A DNA stretch of 64,000 nucleotides from NCBI GenBank assembly GCA_048772705.1, contig JBLWGC010000021.1:1-64000 (forward strand), read 5' to 3'. How positions within the stretch are numbered: position 1 is the stretch's first letter; every line of letters begins with the position of its first letter. Shown one piece after another: positions 62,001-64,000 of this stretch. The position numbers were made by a program, and so were the translations under genes. The notes under the pieces were generated by a model. It saw only the letters and a list, made by a program, of their open reading frames with translations. It had not been told where the DNA came from and did not search any database. Origin of the DNA: Leidyana gryllorum EB-2025a (Eukaryota; Protista; Apicomplexa).

Positions 62001-64000
62001 TCCTCCGCGCAATCCCTACACTAGACCTGTGTACGCCCCAGAAAGCGAGCTGGTGACCAATCCACCCACCCCGGTGCTTCTTGGGCATCAGGAACCGGCA
62101 CGGCTTATCGTGAGCAACGCCATGGTCGCCGCTGAGGCCCCCCCAGGCACACCGCCAGACCGCGTCGGGAAGGGGGCACTGAAGGCAACAGGTGGAGTGG
62201 CCAAGGATATGGTGCGCGCCCTGCTGGAGACCCAAGATATAGCCACTGCGGTATGGATCATCCTTGATGCAAACCTCCGGCTCACAGCTAATCCGACCAC
62301 TTGCCTTTGCAGCTGACACGCTGCATTATCTCCACTCTTATCTCTGTGCACTTTACCCTCTGCTGTGCTCACTATTTCCCACTTTCTTCTTTTCATCGTC
62401 ATGCACGTTCAATTCTTTCAGATCGACTCTGCTTCCTTCGAGCAGCCCGAAGAATCAATTCCCCCTCAGCAAGCGGCCGCTTCAGGTCAACATATCACAA
62501 AGGTGCGTTTCAGATCTACCCCAGAGATTTTCTTCCACTCCCGGAACTCTACTCCCAACTCCCATCCCCATACTCCCTCTTCTAATGCCGATTCCCCCTG
62601 TGGTACGAGTATTCCACAAAGAAGTGGGGTCATGCATTGGCTTAACAAAGCACTTTGGCTGGTTGGGGTCCGATCGCCCCGCACATCGACACAAGATCAG
62701 CAAGACGCTGATGATGTTGGATCAGAAACCTCGAGGACAGAAGGTACAGAGTTGGAGTCGGAGCAGCAAACCCGAATGGACGATATGGAGTCTGCTACAC
62801 CAAAGTTGCGCAAAAAGAATCCACCAGACAACCCAGTGGATCCACAGAGCCCTGTCACTCCGGCCAAGCAGAAACGAAAATTGCGATCCAGTCTTGACAC
62901 TCGTGCTTATCAAGCGAAAAGACGTAGGACTAGAAGTCAGGGTACTGTTGACTCCGAACCTGAGGGAGTCAAGACGGTGGGCGAGTCTTCCAATCCCATG
63001 TCGGCGGAGCTGAAGAGTCCCCGAAACGCGGCGCGTCGAAAAGGTACCCCAGATCGTGATGAAGACATTTCTGAACCCCTGGTGGAGATCCAATCTGAAG
63101 GCCAGGATGTCTTTTATGTCCCTGCTGTTCATAATCAGGGTGAACAGATCCTATTGGAGCCCGGCATTGTTACTATTGTGGATCAAACACCCATAGACGA
63201 TAAGTCGGAGTCGCTGCATCGTCCTCTCACCCGGCATCAGTCGGCAGACTTGGGAATAGTCCTTAGTGAAGTCCCTGCTAGCGAAGTTGTTGAAGTATTG
63301 GGACGAGCTCAAGCATCTTCCCCGACAAAGGGATCGATGAGTGGGGATCAAATGGTCGATGCCGAGTCCACAAATGTTGTCCCTCATGATTTGGAAGAGA
63401 TTACTGCGAATTTCAAGGAAACCACGGAGAAGCTCGCACGTGTCAGCCTGAACGTACTGGAGGTTTCTAGTCAGCTTGGCCAGGCGGCTAAACGGATGTC
63501 GCAATCCGGGGGTACAAGAAAGTCGAATTCGGATGACATCCCGCAGGAAACGATGCTGGCGATAGAAGATGCTCGCGTGGAATTGTCTGCAGTTGTGAAT
63601 GAGGCTGCTGAACTGCCGAAGGCGTCGCGTGCTTTGAGAGAGAATGTTACACTCCTGATCGAAGATCATAGTGTTCTACGGGATCCCGACAACGTGTTGA
63701 ACACTGTGGACAGCCATTTGCGCGAAACGAACACTATTCTGAACGACTTGGCGACGAGGGTGCTCGAAATTTCCAAAGTTGAAAAGCGAGTGTCCAAGGC
63801 CAAACCGAATATGGGAACTCGTCTGTCACAAGCGGCCGAGACCTTGGAGCAAGCTACCATGACCCTCATGGAGACTACTGCAGATCTATCCAATGTTGCT
63901 TATACAATGGCAGACACTCGTGAAAAGCTTTGGCAAAGAGGAGAAGATCGCCGTTTACACCAGAGTGCTCGACAAATGCACAAGTCAGCGTCTCGCTCCC
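59016..64000 (+). CDS. Large coiled-coil/low-complexity hypothetical protein, runs off the end of the window
   Basis: Phase-0 introns 60696-60909 and 62251-62421 join three long ORFs. The last frame (62422 onward) has no stop to the window end and is therefore absent from the ORF track. Confidence 0.65.

Overview
Compact, intron-containing eukaryotic DNA, most likely apicomplexan and possibly gregarine-like. This assignment is an inference from the aldolase C-terminus LYEKGYVY, a laforin with a split CBM20, short GT-AG introns of about 40-60 nt, and intergenic gaps of tens of nt. The ORF track fragments most genes, so I spliced them by hand. Recognisable genes: aldolase, IKS1-like kinase, M16 insulinase-like peptidase, bacterial-type arginase, casein kinase 1, DDX41, anoctamin, eIF2B-epsilon, ZMAT2/Snu23, Sec1/Munc18, Tim44-like, AMPK-gamma-like and laforin. 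Most unusual items: (1) a CNOT3/Not5 N-terminal domain fused to two SH3 domains with no NOT-box; (2) two tandem standalone Gag-capsid-like genes; (3) an ~11.5 kb multi-pass EF-hand/Ig-like membrane protein gene lying head-to-head (47 nt) with the anoctamin; (4) a RING protein carrying a degenerate Rad5/16-type helicase C-lobe and no N-lobe; (5) a five-gene C2-domain array; (6) a dispersed CACACGTGTG-type palindrome concentrated in introns; (7) extreme gene packing, including shared stop-codon palindromes. All family calls come from motif recognition by eye; no database searches were run.
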